This document shows positions 49,673 through 62,800 of a stretch of DNA of 64,000 nt, one piece after another. Where the stretch lies: contig DF237355.1 of the NCBI GenBank assembly GCA_000708835.1, positions 1 to 64,000 on the forward strand, given 5' to 3'. Source of the DNA: Klebsormidium nitens. Its lineage: Eukaryota; Plantae; Klebsormidiophyceae. A program made the position numbers and the translations under genes. Every line of letters starts with the position of its first letter. Position 1 is the stretch's first letter. The notes under the pieces are model-generated. The model was not told the origin of the DNA and ran no database searches. It worked only from the letters and a program-made list of their open reading frames with translations.

Positions 49673-52600
49673 TTAGGCACATGCTGCAGTAGCGCCCGGG
49701 GCGGCGACGCACGCCGTGCGGCAGCAAACGAACTGGTCGCCCGCGGCGTTGAAGCACTGGTTGGGAAGCCCCGAGTACGGGTCACACGCGCGCGGTGCGC
49801 GCGCAGAGGCAGTCGGGGCGGGACTGCCGGCTGGCCCGGGGGTAGCGGTTGGTGGGGTCGTGGGACCGCACGACGCGATCGAAGGCGGGGGCGAGAGACA
49901 CTGGAGGAGACCTCCACAACTTGTCAGAGTTTTGCTTGCAAGTGGCTCTTGTAAATCTAAGACGGCCCCCCCGATACAGCCTTTTTAATTTGAACACTTA
50001 CCAAAAAGTCTTGTTTCTTCCAATCTTCCAAGGCCGTGAGAGGCATGTTCTGAATGTAGGCCGAATGAAGTTGGATCAAGGCGGAACCGTCACGGGCTCA
50101 GCCAAGTCCTCAAGGAGAACGCTCTGGAGCTGTTAAATCCGCAGACACAGCCGTCGAATCAATAGTCGAGAAGCATTTTTGACGGCTGCTAACTTTCACT
50201 GAGTGCGAATGACATAAGGTCCACCGACGGAACCCACTACTCGTTCAATGGTCTCCACTTGTTTCGTTCTCTAAATTTTCCGGCGCAGTTCCGAAGATCG
50301 GTCCGAATCGCGGGGATACTTCCATCACCCGGTCGGACATGTGCACAGAATCAATGTGTCCAGGAGTGTCCGGTCTGGTGTCCGGTGTCCGGTGTCCGCG
50401 GCGGCTCACCGGATTGCTGCAGCAGACGAAGGCGTCCCCCGCGGCGTTGAAGCACTGGTTGGGGTCGCTGCCATAAGCGTCGCACGCGTCTATGATTGGG
50501 GCGCTGCTGACGGTAGGAACTGTACACGTGGGATTCGGGCGGATATGTATATCGACATGAACGAAACAGAGCACAGGATCATTCTTAGCAAAAGGAAGAA
50601 GGTGTTTGCAATCGGCGAGGCTGAAAGGAATTGAAGCAATATACGAGCGCCAAGCGGCTGGTTCGGGTAAGGACTCGGGCAAATAACAGTAGATTTTCGG
50701 TTAATAAAACCCTCGCTGTCGCTGTCGCTGAAAGACTTGGAGCCATTTGCATGAAGCAGCATTCTGAGAAGAGATTTCCGCCGGGCGAGTGCTGCTGAAG
50801 TTCGGCGGAACAACGGAAGGCTGAAGCCTGACGGAACAGCGGAAGATGTGAGTGGACCAGACGAACGGGTCAGAACGGAGTAAGAGCGACCCGTCTCGCA
50901 AAATTTTTACACGTCATGGGTTTCATCTGGCGCGGTACTAATTACTAATGTCTGGAGACTGTCTTTCTGTTTTTGGTTGTGGCTATAGTCTCGGTGGAAT
51001 CCAATCGCTCCGTTAGCAACGGCAGAAGAAACGAGAAGCTTTCAGTGCGGGTTGCTTTGAGAGTTGCTTCGCCGTTGAAAATGTGCAGTTAAAGAAAATA
51101 CATTATCCAAAAGGTCCCTATCATTCTGAAACCGTAAATGACACGCGGCGGCGAATGTTTGACTATGATGGAACTCTGCCACAGATTCCGCCGGGCAAAC
51201 GCCTTTCCGGCGGATCGAAGGTGCGTGGCCCGGAATGTAAAGAAGGCCCAGACAGCCTCGGGGTTTAGGTTTGGGGTCGACTTACTCGGGGTCGTTCCGG
51301 TGGGACTAGTTGTTCCGGTCGGCACGGTTCCGGTCGGCACGGTTCCGGTCGGAGTGGGGACCGCTGTCAGAACTGGCTGGTACTTGCCGCTCGCACAGGT
51401 AGGGAGATTGTTTACGGTCGGGCCACAGGACTCCGGATCGCAGCAGACGTAAAGTGCACCCGACGGGTCAAAGCACTGCAATCAAGAGCAAGCACGGTTC
51501 GAATTGCTAGCTCTCAGAATCGCTCTTACAGTCGAACTATGCAAGAGGGGACGTCGGAAAGAGAGGAAGCTTATTTTCCAATGTAATTGATATCCTTGCA
51601 ATCCAGGCCTGGCGAGATTTGCCGCGTGCATCGTGGGAGCAGAAAAATTCTGCGGATATTTCGTCTGGCTGTCGTTCTCAGTCCAGGGGTGCGACCAAAT
51701 GGCCATCTCGTTTTCTTGTTCTCGAGACTTACTACGAATTACAGCTCAATGCGCCGTGCGAACGTTGTAGGACTTTCAATCCTTGTCGGAGCGGACTCGC
51801 TGACTTGCAGTCGGCTTGACGGGCGGATAGGCTGATGTGAAGACGGTCTATACCTCAAACCAGGCTAAAATATACACAGCTTGCTTGATTCAAGCTTATA
51901 TATGAAAGTCGGATATCTGAAGCTGACACTTACTCTTCAGAACGGTGTGCCGCTTATTCGAACGACGGACCAAGCAAACGGTCTCCGTTTCATCTGAAGA
52001 TAGAACTAGTTGGCAGCGTTGAACCTCGAGCATAAGATCGGAAGGGTCTCGGGCCGACTTACCTGGTTCTGAAAGTAGGACAGGTAGTCGCAGGTTCCGC
52101 CTGAACCATTGTATGAACCCAGTGGTTAGCGACGGTCAGGTGAGGCTGGTTAGCACTAAGGTCAGGTCACTTTCCCGCTTAACCGGTCATGAGCGGAATA
52201 GCTTAGCCTAGCTAAGGAACGGGCGACGAAGATTACAAGCTGAAAAACTCTTGACCGAAACAGCCGAAGGCTATGGTTTCTTTGACCTGTTCAGGGCTTT
52301 AGCCCCAGAAAAGGAGCCACTCCTTGGCTCTCGACGATGAAATCAACGGAAGTCCTAATCTGAACTTCGGAAAAGCAATAGCATAAAATCGATGGAGGTA
52401 GGTAGCCAGTACGGTAGAGCAAACAAGAATACGCACTGTCTCCGGGGAGCATCGTCTGAATCGGCGTCAATCACGGTCCGCGAGAGAGTCCAGAATGTCA
52501 AAAAGCACCTTGCAGAAGGGTCGCCACAGTTGTAAAAGCAGGAGCCGAAGTTGGGCTCAGGGTCGTAGGAGCGGGGGTGGTCGGGACGGGGGTGGTCGGG

Positions 52601-55600
52601 GCCGGGGTGGTCGGGGAGGGAGTGGTCGGGACTGGAGTGGTCGGGGCGGGGGTAGTCGGGGGCCGGGGTGGTCGGGGTGGGAGGTGGGTCGGGGCCGAGG
52701 GGTGGTCGGGGCGTGGGAGGNNNNNNNNNNNNNNNNNNNNNNNNNNNNNNNNNNNNNNNNNNNNNNNNNNNNNNNNNNNNNNNNNNNNNNNNNNNNNNNN
52801 NNNNNNNNNNNNNNNNNNNNNNNNNNNNNNNNNNNNNNNNNNNNNNNNNNNNNNNNNNNNNNNNNNNNNNNNNNNNNNNNNNNNNNNNNNNNNNNNNNNN
52901 NNNNNNNNNNNNNNNNNNNNNNNNNNNNNNNNNNNNNNNNNNNNNNNNNNNNNNNNNACGGACCGGTACGGGTAACGGTTACGGGAACGGTTAAGGGTAC
53001 CGGGTAACGGACGGGTACGGGTACGGGACGGGACGGGTTCGGGTACGGACGGGTACGGGTAGTGGTCGGGGCTGGAGTGGTCGGGGAGGGGGTGGTCGGG
53101 GAGGGGGTGGTCGGGGCGGGGGTGGTCGGCGCGGGTGTGGTCGGGGCCGGAGTGACGCTGTCCGGGCAGCTCAGGGGGCTCAGCGCGTACGTATCATTGG
53201 TGTTCGAGAACACGACGGCCGTTGTCACGGAGCTGCAGCTCGCGTCGTTCAGGAAGAGGCAGTAGCGAAAGGCGCTTATGTAGTTGAAGAGCTCGCACTT
53301 GGCCAAGCCCGCCTGGACGCACAGTGTGCAGCACGTGGCGTAATCTGGCACCCCCGTGAGTACGGTCGTGGGCGGGGTGGGTCCAAAACCGCCCACTGAA
53401 CCCTGTGGAATTGCGAGCTGGCCATTGACCGGTGGGACTGCGCCGGTGCATCCGCTCCGGCATGGGGTCGGTTGAGCTGGCGACGGGGACTGTCCAATAG
53501 TGGGGAACCCATCGCGGCAGGCGGACGAGGGCGCTGATGTCGGGACCGGGGGTGCATTTTCTGAAAAGATAAACGAAAAGATAAACAGCAACTTTCTTAC
53601 ATAGAAAGTCAGAAGTTTTGGCCGTTCATCAAGCTTCTGAAATTGCCATTACAACTAGCTCGGACTTCGATATATCTATTCAACTAGCCTGCCACAGAAT
53701 ACAAACTCCTGTTACTCATATATGTGCACTGAATCGGTTAGCAGTGGTGCGTGCGGCAGCCAAAGACGCTCAAGATAGTTGAGCACTTTTTGGCAGCTTG
53801 TTTAATTCAGGAAAAGCCGGTAAGATGACGTAGGCAAGAACGGAAATCATTATTGAATCTGATTCACGAGGATCAAGATGGCTAGTCGACCAGGGACATT
53901 CGACTTCCAGAGCTTGGCCAGATCCTGAGCGCGGGCTTTCCCTCAAGCGCGTCGCAGGCTGAAAGTCCTCAAAATCTCTGCGCACAGCAGAAAGCCTCCT
54001 TGTGAACAAGATGCAGGATGCTCACCTGAGGCCGTCAGCGAGATGTCATCCACGAAGACGAAGGAACTGCTTTGGCAGCTAAGGAACATCTGGGCGCTCG
54101 ACCCGGACGATTCGAATTGCAGAGGTCCAATCTGCTGGAAGCTCGCAGCGTCCGTGGGGTTATCATTGGCAACCCGATAGACGGTCTCAATGATCCCGGA
54201 TTGCCTGAAATCGACGTTGCAGGATTGCGACGTGCTGCCCGCACTTGTGTTGGCTGGTGCAATTGCGAGCTTGAAGTATAGTACGTAGTTCGTACCTGTT
54301 CAAGAACGCGCGTCGGGGCAAAGATTCAAAAATCACCCACATGCGACATTATTGCGTCTTCAGGTGGATTCGAATACACCGAGCCCAGAGAGCCAATTGG
54401 GAAAAAGAGGATATGTGCACGGCAGTGGATTTGTGATGAAATGCCGCCTGCAGGTTGCTACCACCTCAAAGTCACGTCAGCTCATCATTTGTGGAACATT
54501 GAAGTTCTTTTTAAGGTGAATACGGCAAAGGCAGACCCTTCTAACAGCCTCAATGCATGCCTTCTCAAATCGTCCTTCAAAAGCTCCTCAGTAGCACCTC
54601 TGTTGACCTCCAGCTGTAGGGCAAAGCTGCCTTGCAAAGTCAGATTAGCTTGCAGTGACACTCAGGCTGCTGATCACCTGCTGAAGTTGCAAAGGTCTGC
54701 GACAGATAGGCTCCTCCAGACTCAACGAATGCCGCTGCGTAAGTTCCAACTGGAGTTGGGAATGAAGCACCCGGGGGAATGGGCGGATACACAATCAGGG
54801 CAGGGGCAAAATTGCCATCCCAGCCGCTAAAATCGCCGGTCTCAAAGCCTCCATTGACAAGAAGCTGCTGTCCTGCATGCCATCAGTAAAAACAAGGTTA
54901 GCAGTACTTCAGTTGAGTAGATCGAGATGCTCACGTTGTTTGGGAAGGTCCATAAGACCATGAGTGCTGGCCAGGACAAGGTAGTAATACTGCCAACTGG
55001 TATTAGCTTCGATGGTATTACAGTAGCGAAAAAGCCAGGGACTGCGCTACCCAACAGCCTTGAGCAGCCAAGAGACAACCTGTCTAAAGAAGACAGCCAA
55101 AGTGAAATGCTTACTACTATAACAAAATATCTGGAGTACGAACTTGTATGCGCAATGTTGCGCCATCTGATTGCAGGAACCCTCATTTAGAGGCAGCCAG
55201 AATCTTACACTAGTAGGTGTGCTACCAAGCTGCACATATCACTGTTTGAATGATTACCAACATGAAAGCAACTTATAGACGACCTCGAATGACCAAGCGT
55301 TTGTGTGCACTATAACACCTCTTGATTACTGAATCAATGTCAGGCAATACCCAAGGCGGACTCACAGCTAACTGTCTTGGCAGTGTTTGAGATTCCTTAC
55401 GCCCAAAAAACAGCCGGCCAAAGTGCTCAAGGACGATGATGCAAACTAATGAAATCATAGACTATGGTTGAATGGCTCATCAACCAGATCTGGCTTGCTG
55501 CTGGTTAGCCAAATTACCCCATGGAAGACAAGAGCCAGGTATTCATGGGTGAAGAGAACAAAGTTGTTCTGCATTGACAAGACCACCCAGACTGAGTTGC

Positions 55601-56125
55601 TGCTTCAATCCGTTCTTAGTATATCATTCAGAAGCTGTTGACAAGCAGCTGAGACCAGCCAGAGTCCTTAGACAATTCACTGCTGATTTGAAGAAAAGAA
55701 ACTTCTCAATCATCAGAATTGAGAGTTGAATGAAGGATACCGAAGCTGATGACCGGGGGCTGACGCGTTGTTGTGATGCAAACTAATGCAAATTATATGG
55801 TTCTTCTGTGTTTAACTTGCCTCAAAAGAACTTTCAGATCCAGACTAAAGAACCAATTCAAACATTGAACCAAATTTGAACACACTTGAAAACACTTAAA
55901 AACCTGCATCTACTCCGCATGCAAAATACAATGCCGCAGCGATTCGTCTCTGCAGTACGCAGCAAGCTAGGCAATCAATGCAACTTCCCCAACCACGATC
56001 CAACTTGAAGGAACAAATCTTTCACCTGCAACGGGCGTGCTGATGGCAGCCTGCAACAAAAGGGCCGAGAGCACCACCAAGCTGAGTCCAGACACCCGCC
56101 TCAACTTCATTATGCAGCCCGCCAT
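49673..56125 (-). CDS. secreted modular protein: signal peptide, CBM4/9-DUF642-like beta-sandwich, PAN/apple-like domain, (PTTP[AS])n mucin tract, three 6-Cys modules
   Basis: Exons 56125-56026, 54872-54678, 54295-54026, 53560-52509 (gapped), 52100-52063, 51475-51286, 50519-50410 and 49900-49673 are phase-compatible. Motifs: LSLVVLSALLLQAAIS, LLVNGGFETGDFSGW, LSQTFATSAGTNYVLYF, VFVDDISLT, CCTLC..C..FNY....CLFL. Confidence 0.85.
52545..53150 (-). repeat. 15-bp coding minisatellite encoding Pro-Thr-Thr-Pro-x
   Basis: GGGGTGGTCGGGG(A/C)N units on both sides of the N gap. Confidence 0.85.
52721..52957. other. assembly gap (237 N)
   Basis: Run of N inside the PTTP repeat. The flanking bases are degenerate and look like low-quality read ends. 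Confidence 0.99.
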
Positions 56126-58825
56126 CACTGCGCACCAATATTCCGTTGTTGTCCAGACGAAAGAGGCCCCGCAGTCGTGAGTCTCCTTGAAGGCTTCAGA
56201 TTGACGTGTGCCAAAGTGCTTCTAAAAGACAAACAGAAGTGCGGAAGCGAAATCTTTGGTTGCAAATGGGCCCAATGCGCTGGAATGGCGCCGGAAAGCT
56301 GCAATGCGGAAGGGTCAACGTTGCAACTGCATTGCATCAGACGCTGAATCGTCACAACTTATGATAATATTAGTCGTATTGGAGAACGGGAAGTCACAAA
56401 CTCGCTCTCTTTTCCGCCTCCCAGCTCACTGTCAGTCTGTGTCCTGCAGTGAATCTTCCGGAATGAACTGATTCCTCATGTCCACCTTGATCAATCAGTC
56501 GTATCAAAATCTTCTCGCAGAGGACTATTGGACCGTCTTTCGAAATCAGCCGTTTCTGTAGTTATGATTTTACACGTCCTTTTTGAAACGAGTTCGACTT
56601 CGACCAGCCGGGCGACCAGCTCAGTTCTAGCGACAATATGGCTCGGAGAACTTAGGGCCGGGTTCTGTGCAGCAGAATCCCCTGTGAATATCGCGGATCT
56701 GATTGATCACCTAAACAATCTCCTTCCTCTGTTTCTCCAAGTCCCGAAGGAGTCCCGATGTTAGTATTGTTTAACTTGATGTACCAGTACTGCCGGTGCA
56801 AAGCGTTCGTCAGAATTCTGCTGGTTATACGGGGCAGTGGTACGGCCCCTAGCCTCTGGTACGTCCTACCCAATTCGGCAACAAAAGACTGGTTTTCCAA
56901 TTTGAATACGTCTCAACTTTCAAGTCTCCGAGTCCGAGTTGCGGAGAGATCTGCGGTCACATTTCCAAGACTCCCCTTTTCATGCCTTCTGCATTTCCTC
57001 AGGGATCTTTCAACTCCGTCCTATCAGGATCGATCAACTTGCATGCATGAGATCGACAGTACCGTACCCTGTACGGTCACCTCGTGAGTCGTGTCGGGCC
57101 AGGCGAATAAATTTCCGTACAAGACGGTAAAACCAAGACCAGTAAATTCTCAAGAGCTGTACGGAAAACTTGACTCGACAAAAAGGTCCTGCCGGGAAAT
57201 CCTCTCAAGGTACTTGTAAAGCCGGTACCATGCCGGTATACCTACGACGTTTTAAACCGGGGGCATTGGGGGAACCGGAGAAATCGACGGTCGTCAGTAC
57301 ACTAGGTAGCTAGTACCAGCGGTCCTGAGCAGTGAGCGGTGTTTCAAGTTTGCCCCGAGCATTGGGCCCTGGCCCCCCGGTGGCGGCGTGATGCGACGCC
57401 GTCTTTGCAATGTATCCACCTGTACAGTATCCTGCAGGGCCGGTATCCTTCCATGCACGGTAGAGGACAACTTCCTTCCGAGTCGCCTCGTATTAGGTAC
57501 CTGGTAGGTCGGAAATTCCGACCTACCGGTACCAAGTACGCTATACCTCATATCTTGAAGCTGTACCCCCCGGGGCTCTGCCAATCACAATACGATAACT
57601 GTTGAAACTTGAGGGGGGGGAACCTTGCATGGACCAAGGTTGGATGGTCGCCGGAGCGCGGGTGCCAGACCGCACGGCGGCCCCTGGGAGGCGGCGACGA
57701 CCTCGACTTACAAGGATACACCGGCCCTTTTTACCCCGCACGCGGCAGGACCCAGTGCACAGTACGGCGCGTACGGCGCATTCTGTACGCGGCGGCTCGA
57801 CCTGAATTGGCTTTGTGACTCTGACAGGGGTACTGTAGGACTCCGAAGCAGTCGGAAGTACCGTACGATATTAACCTAGGCCCTTCGGTAGTCTACAGTT
57901 GTCTAGCACTGGTACCGTAGGATGTACGATTTTTTGCAGGCCAGTTCCGAAGTTCTGCACGCGGTACACTGCGGCCTGCAGCTTGCTCCGGCTAGAGCAG
58001 GTACTGTAGGTACAGGGTTCGTATGGCTGAGCAGTGAGGTCAATGTCTTCTAAGTTTAACCTACCGGTAATTACTAAAGAGTGGGTACGGTACTTTGGTG
58101 CTTCTCCAGCATACAGGAAGTAGGAACACAACTTTGCCAGCAGACAGGATCCCTGTCACAGGTAGATTGCCGCGATTTGGGACTGCCTGTGGCACGCAGG
58201 CTATCATTTCCCGGCCGTTCATTAGCGTGGTCACCAAGCCATTCCGGATCGTCGATGACTCAAAACCCGGTAAAAGCGGAGCAGAACCTTGTCCAGTAAA
58301 AACGGGCTAAACTGTGCAGACTGGAGGCACTCAGTGAAATCCAGCCAATAGGAAATGAAGACCGAGTGCGACAAAACGCGGCGATCTACCTGTCATGTTC
58401 AAGATTTGAAGCCTCTACAATTGATCCTAAAAGCTTGCTCAATGCCAATTCATTCAGAGTCCAGACTACCTAGCTAGCTGGGAGCTGCTCTGCCGGATGA
58501 TGCTCCTAGTGCCTGAACAAGCCAGTCGGTAAAAGTCGAAATAACGTCCTGCACCGTGCAAGTCGCTTGTATTTGTACCGTACAACTTAGATACTTATGT
58601 AGATCGCACTTGTACACAAAGTACTGCTCAGGGGCCAAGACTCAAGAGAACTTTTTGGAGGTACCTACGAGTAACGGGATCCTGATTCCTGACTTGTACG
58701 TCGGTAGCATGGATACGTCTGACAGGCCTACACTACCGGTAGTGCGCCTGCACTACCGGTAGTGCGCTCGATTCAAAACGTCAGAATATCCTGTTGGCGA
58801 TTATCACTAGTGTATCTCAGGCTCA

Positions 58826-59272
58826 GGGCCTGGTCGCATGCCGCCAAAACCGACAGATTTCGATAGAATGTGTCGGTTTTGGAGCGACCGCATGACCGCA
58901 TGCCACCAACACCAGCAGAAAGTACTATCGACGCGGGGGAAATGTTCACTCATTGACCGGAAAACCAACAGAATCTGACGGGCTAGCCTGACGTCCAGCC
59001 AGAATCTGTCGGTCCCAAAAGTCGCAAACCGAGCACTTTGTAGGGGAGACTCATCGACTGCTACTGCTCGGTAGGTCCTGAGATTTTTCCAGCTTTTTTT
59101 TGTTCGATTAAAATCTTTATTTCGATGCCGACCGTTCAGCTTCACCAACACTTATCGAACAGCGACGTCGAAAACTGTACTTTGCCGTACAGACCACCGG
59201 GCCACCTGGCCAAAGTCAACCCAACACATTCTGTCGAAATCTGTCGGTTTTGGCCCGCATGCGACCAGGCCC
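58826..59272. mobile_element. PIF/Harbinger-type (Tourist-like) MITE, 447 bp
   Basis: 47/48-bp TIRs GGGCCTGGTCGCATGC..CCAAAACCGACAGATTTCGA(T/C)AGAATGTG (58826-58872, 59225-59272). 3-bp TCA on both flanks (58823-58825, 59273-59275). No coding capacity. Confidence 0.85.
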
Positions 59273-59813
59273 TCAGCCTCTCACAGTCATGTAGTCAGGG
59301 ATAATCTGACCCCTGACGTCAGCTATGCAGCATGCACACTGCGATGACAATACGTAGATGAGATTCTGAATCTGTGACCGCATACGGGCCACATACTTTG
59401 ACGAGAAAAATGGTCCAAGGAAGCAGAGGAAAGCAGTGCAAATCGGTTGCGCCCCAGTGCACCAGATACTCTCATCCTTCGACAACGAAAATGAAGCAAG
59501 GGCTCAGGTGGCAGTGTCTTTGCATTATGCACCAGATTACCGGTCCATATTCTCTCAAACGATACGAGCTCGGATCGATCCGGAATCGGTACTCGACTAG
59601 TGTGCTGCATCTACGATTCGAAGCCTGAGCTGCCGACCTGCAAAGCCCGAGTCTTGCACACACGGGGACCATCCTATGTAAAGACTAAAGCTATATATTC
59701 TTTAGGCAGGAGCAGCTTCTCTTTCATTCAATGATTCAACGCCCCCAGACTTTCCGAAACTTTTCTCCAAGGTTCTGAGACCAGAGGCGCTTCTACCTAC
59801 GGGCGCTTCCACA

Positions 59814-62800
59814 ATGTCGTCTCTTTCGAAGCATCCCCGGCTCTCCGTACCCGCCTCTATCCTGCTCGGATCGCTCCTCCTTTTCTTTGCGAGCTCTATT
59901 TCATATGTGGGGGCGCAAGAGGGTCCCACGTCTCCCCCGGGCCCCAGCTTTCCCCCGCTAGTTCCCTCGCCTACCCCCCTCGAGTGCCCGGATGGGGAGA
60001 GTTCCTACAGCTTCAACGGCACCATGTGCTGCGCCTATGACCGGACCTGCTTGATCGGGGACCCGTTGAACCCTTCCCTTGCGACCGGCGCACTCTGCTG
60101 CCCCCAAGGGGCACTCTGCGTCTTTGACTACACCTCCTTTGCGGCCTGCGTGACCCCCCCCGCTGCGCAGTGCGCGTCCTGCCTGCCTGCCAATCCGAAT
60201 TCCTTCGATCGCTGCAGTCTACTGAAGTCGGGGGACTTCTGTTGCTCTCAGCAAACCTGTGGGGGGTCCATTGCGGACTCGAGGTCGGGCTTCTGCTGTG
60301 ACAAGGGCTCCAAGACGCAATGCACCTTTCCCCTTTCAGTGATAGCCAGTCCCTCTGCGGTCACCCGGTGCTGTGAACCAGGGCAAGTGATATGCGAAGA
60401 CCGGTGTTGCAGTCGAGCAAACTGCATCAGCCCAGGTCCTTTGGGGCCCTACACGTGCAACGAGCCAAGTGAGTGAATGGGCCACCTTGACCTGAGTGAA
60501 ATTTAGCTCAAGACCTGTTAGCACTGCATCTTAGTATGGAGCACCATAGGCTACAGTCCTAGCCTTCGATGCAAGGCCAGTGGCGTTGAGCAGTAAGACT
60601 GCCTGTGAAGCGCTGAGGCCCATAGGCCTCATTTGAGAGAGTCGGTTGCTCTTGCTGCTTGGACCCACTAGTCCTGACTGGTCGCACACTTGCAATGCTT
60701 ACCATTACTGTATCGTGTCTTGTTTGTGAGCTTTCGTGATTCTTTTCTGTGAGAGGACTGCGTCTGTATGTGGATACCAACATGTTGTGGGCCCTTTGGG
60801 GGACATCTTGCCCTCCGCTACTGAGCTTTGGATATATAAGATCAAGCCAGACTTTCATGTAGGGCTTAATTTGAGCTTGGGGATCCTTGAGCAACCTGCA
60901 AGGGTTTGAACATGCCTATTCCGATTGCTGGTTTGTCATCTCCGAGTCTTGTATGGTCATTATTCGAATGAAGTCAGAACCTTTGAAAACCCACTATATC
61001 AATGACGGATTTGGGCCATCTCTTCTTCAAAGGCTGATTTTCTTTCGTTGTACCCACTGCACTTCTCAAACCATAAAAGTAGCAACCTCTGAGGCCCTGC
61101 TGATAATTCTTCTTTGCAGTCCCCACAAATGCGCCCCCCCCCCCCAGTCCCAACGATTGCCGCCCCCCCTCCCGTCCAAACACCTGCGCCCCCCCCCTCC
61201 AATCCCCACCCCGACGGGTCCTTTCCCTACATTTGCGACAACGGAAGGAGGAGCGTAAGCTCACGTTCTCCTGGATCTCAGTACCAACAATGCAGGGTTA
61301 AGCATAGAAGATATTGGGTACTGAGGCTTACAGGGAGGAGTCCATGTGTTGAAGAATAGGAAAAAGTTGTTTTGTCCGTTAGGCGGATTCTTCACAGCTA
61401 ACACAAAGAAGTGGGCTTCTTGAAAAGTTCTTACCCCAAGGTCGGGTCTGTACTCATGTGTAATCATGTGTAATCTAACCTACATGTGTAATCTAACCTC
61501 AACATAAACCTCTGTTCTGCTTCAAAAGATAGAGCTCCAAATATCTGAACACCCCAGCATTTGGTAAGAAAGTGGTCCACGTGGGCAGGTGACGTCACCC
61601 CCATAGATTGGTTAACCATGCCACAAGTCTATCTGGCACGTCGTTAGTGGGCCGAAAGATCTGACAGTCAATGCAAATTGTGTAGTGCTGCTGAGGGAGC
61701 AGAGTTGGTAGGGGTAACAGTACTCTAACTCTTTGCTGAAATTGCCGCGGATAGGAGACTTCTTCTACGTAGAAGAACTCTTCATTCTAGGAATAACTCA
61801 AATCTTTGTGAACCTGCTCAATATCCAGGTTTCGTAGAACGTGCATTGAAGCTCGCACTAAACCCTACACATCACTTTCTTCTTCTTTTCGTGGACAATA
61901 TCGTGGAATAACAGTAAAAGGACTTCTTGAACCAAAGAGTCGAGTCTTCTTTTGTCTCGATCACTCACTCAAAACTCGGGGGAGCGTCCGAAATGAGCGT
62001 TCTCACCCACCTTTCAGCCGCAATCAGCTCTACTCGAGCTTCACGAGAATCCCGAATCGCCCGTCAACACCACCCATAGGAAATCGAGACCCGGAATTCA
62101 ATACACTTTTCAGAATGGGCAGGGAGCTGGATTAAGTTTAGCAGTAGTCCGAATGAGGGAACTTTTCAGACTACACTGTTCTTATGATTTAAAGTACATT
62201 TCTAAAGCGCATATCACCTAACACAGGGGACTTTTCAGTCGGCAGCTTTCTTATATTCCTTTTAAGACTGTACTTTAATGGGCGGCTGATTTGTAGTGAC
62301 CTTTTCAATGGCAGGTGCGACCCGTTCTCGGCGCTCCCCTTCACGTGCTACAACAACGCCGGTACGTCCTTCGCTTGCTGCCCGGACCCGAAATGCCCTT
62401 CCCCGGGCCCAGTGCCAAGATGCGCCGGAGAAACCGCGGCTCCGTCGACTCTAGCACCAACTCCAACGCCAACTGTAACTTCCCCCATTCCAACTGTAAC
62501 TACCCCCATGCCAACTGTAACTACCCCCACGCCAACTGTAACTACCCCCACGCCAACTGTGACCACTACCCCAACGCCAACTGTGACCACTACCCCAACG
62601 CCAACTGTGACCTCTACCCCAATGCCGACTGCCACCACGGCAGCGCCAGCTGTCACGACCGCAGCACCGGCCCCGACTCCGACAGTTACTCATGCCACCG
62701 GCTCTTATGTGTGAGCCCCTTCCAGATATTTCTTAGTCAAGCGCCCCGCACTCCTCCGTCGTACCTCGTTTTGCCCTAAGTCTAGTCGCCGGCGCACTGC

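Noticed and set aside
52958-53060. TRTRPYPNPSRPVPVPV segment as real coding sequence
   Set aside because: It is an ACGG/TACGGG-type degenerate sequence abutting the N gap, typical of low-quality read ends.
62315-62779. (ANCNYPH)n and (SYSWRGG)n repeat ORFs
   Set aside because: They are alternative-frame and antisense readings of the 21/24-bp PTPTVTT(T) coding repeat.
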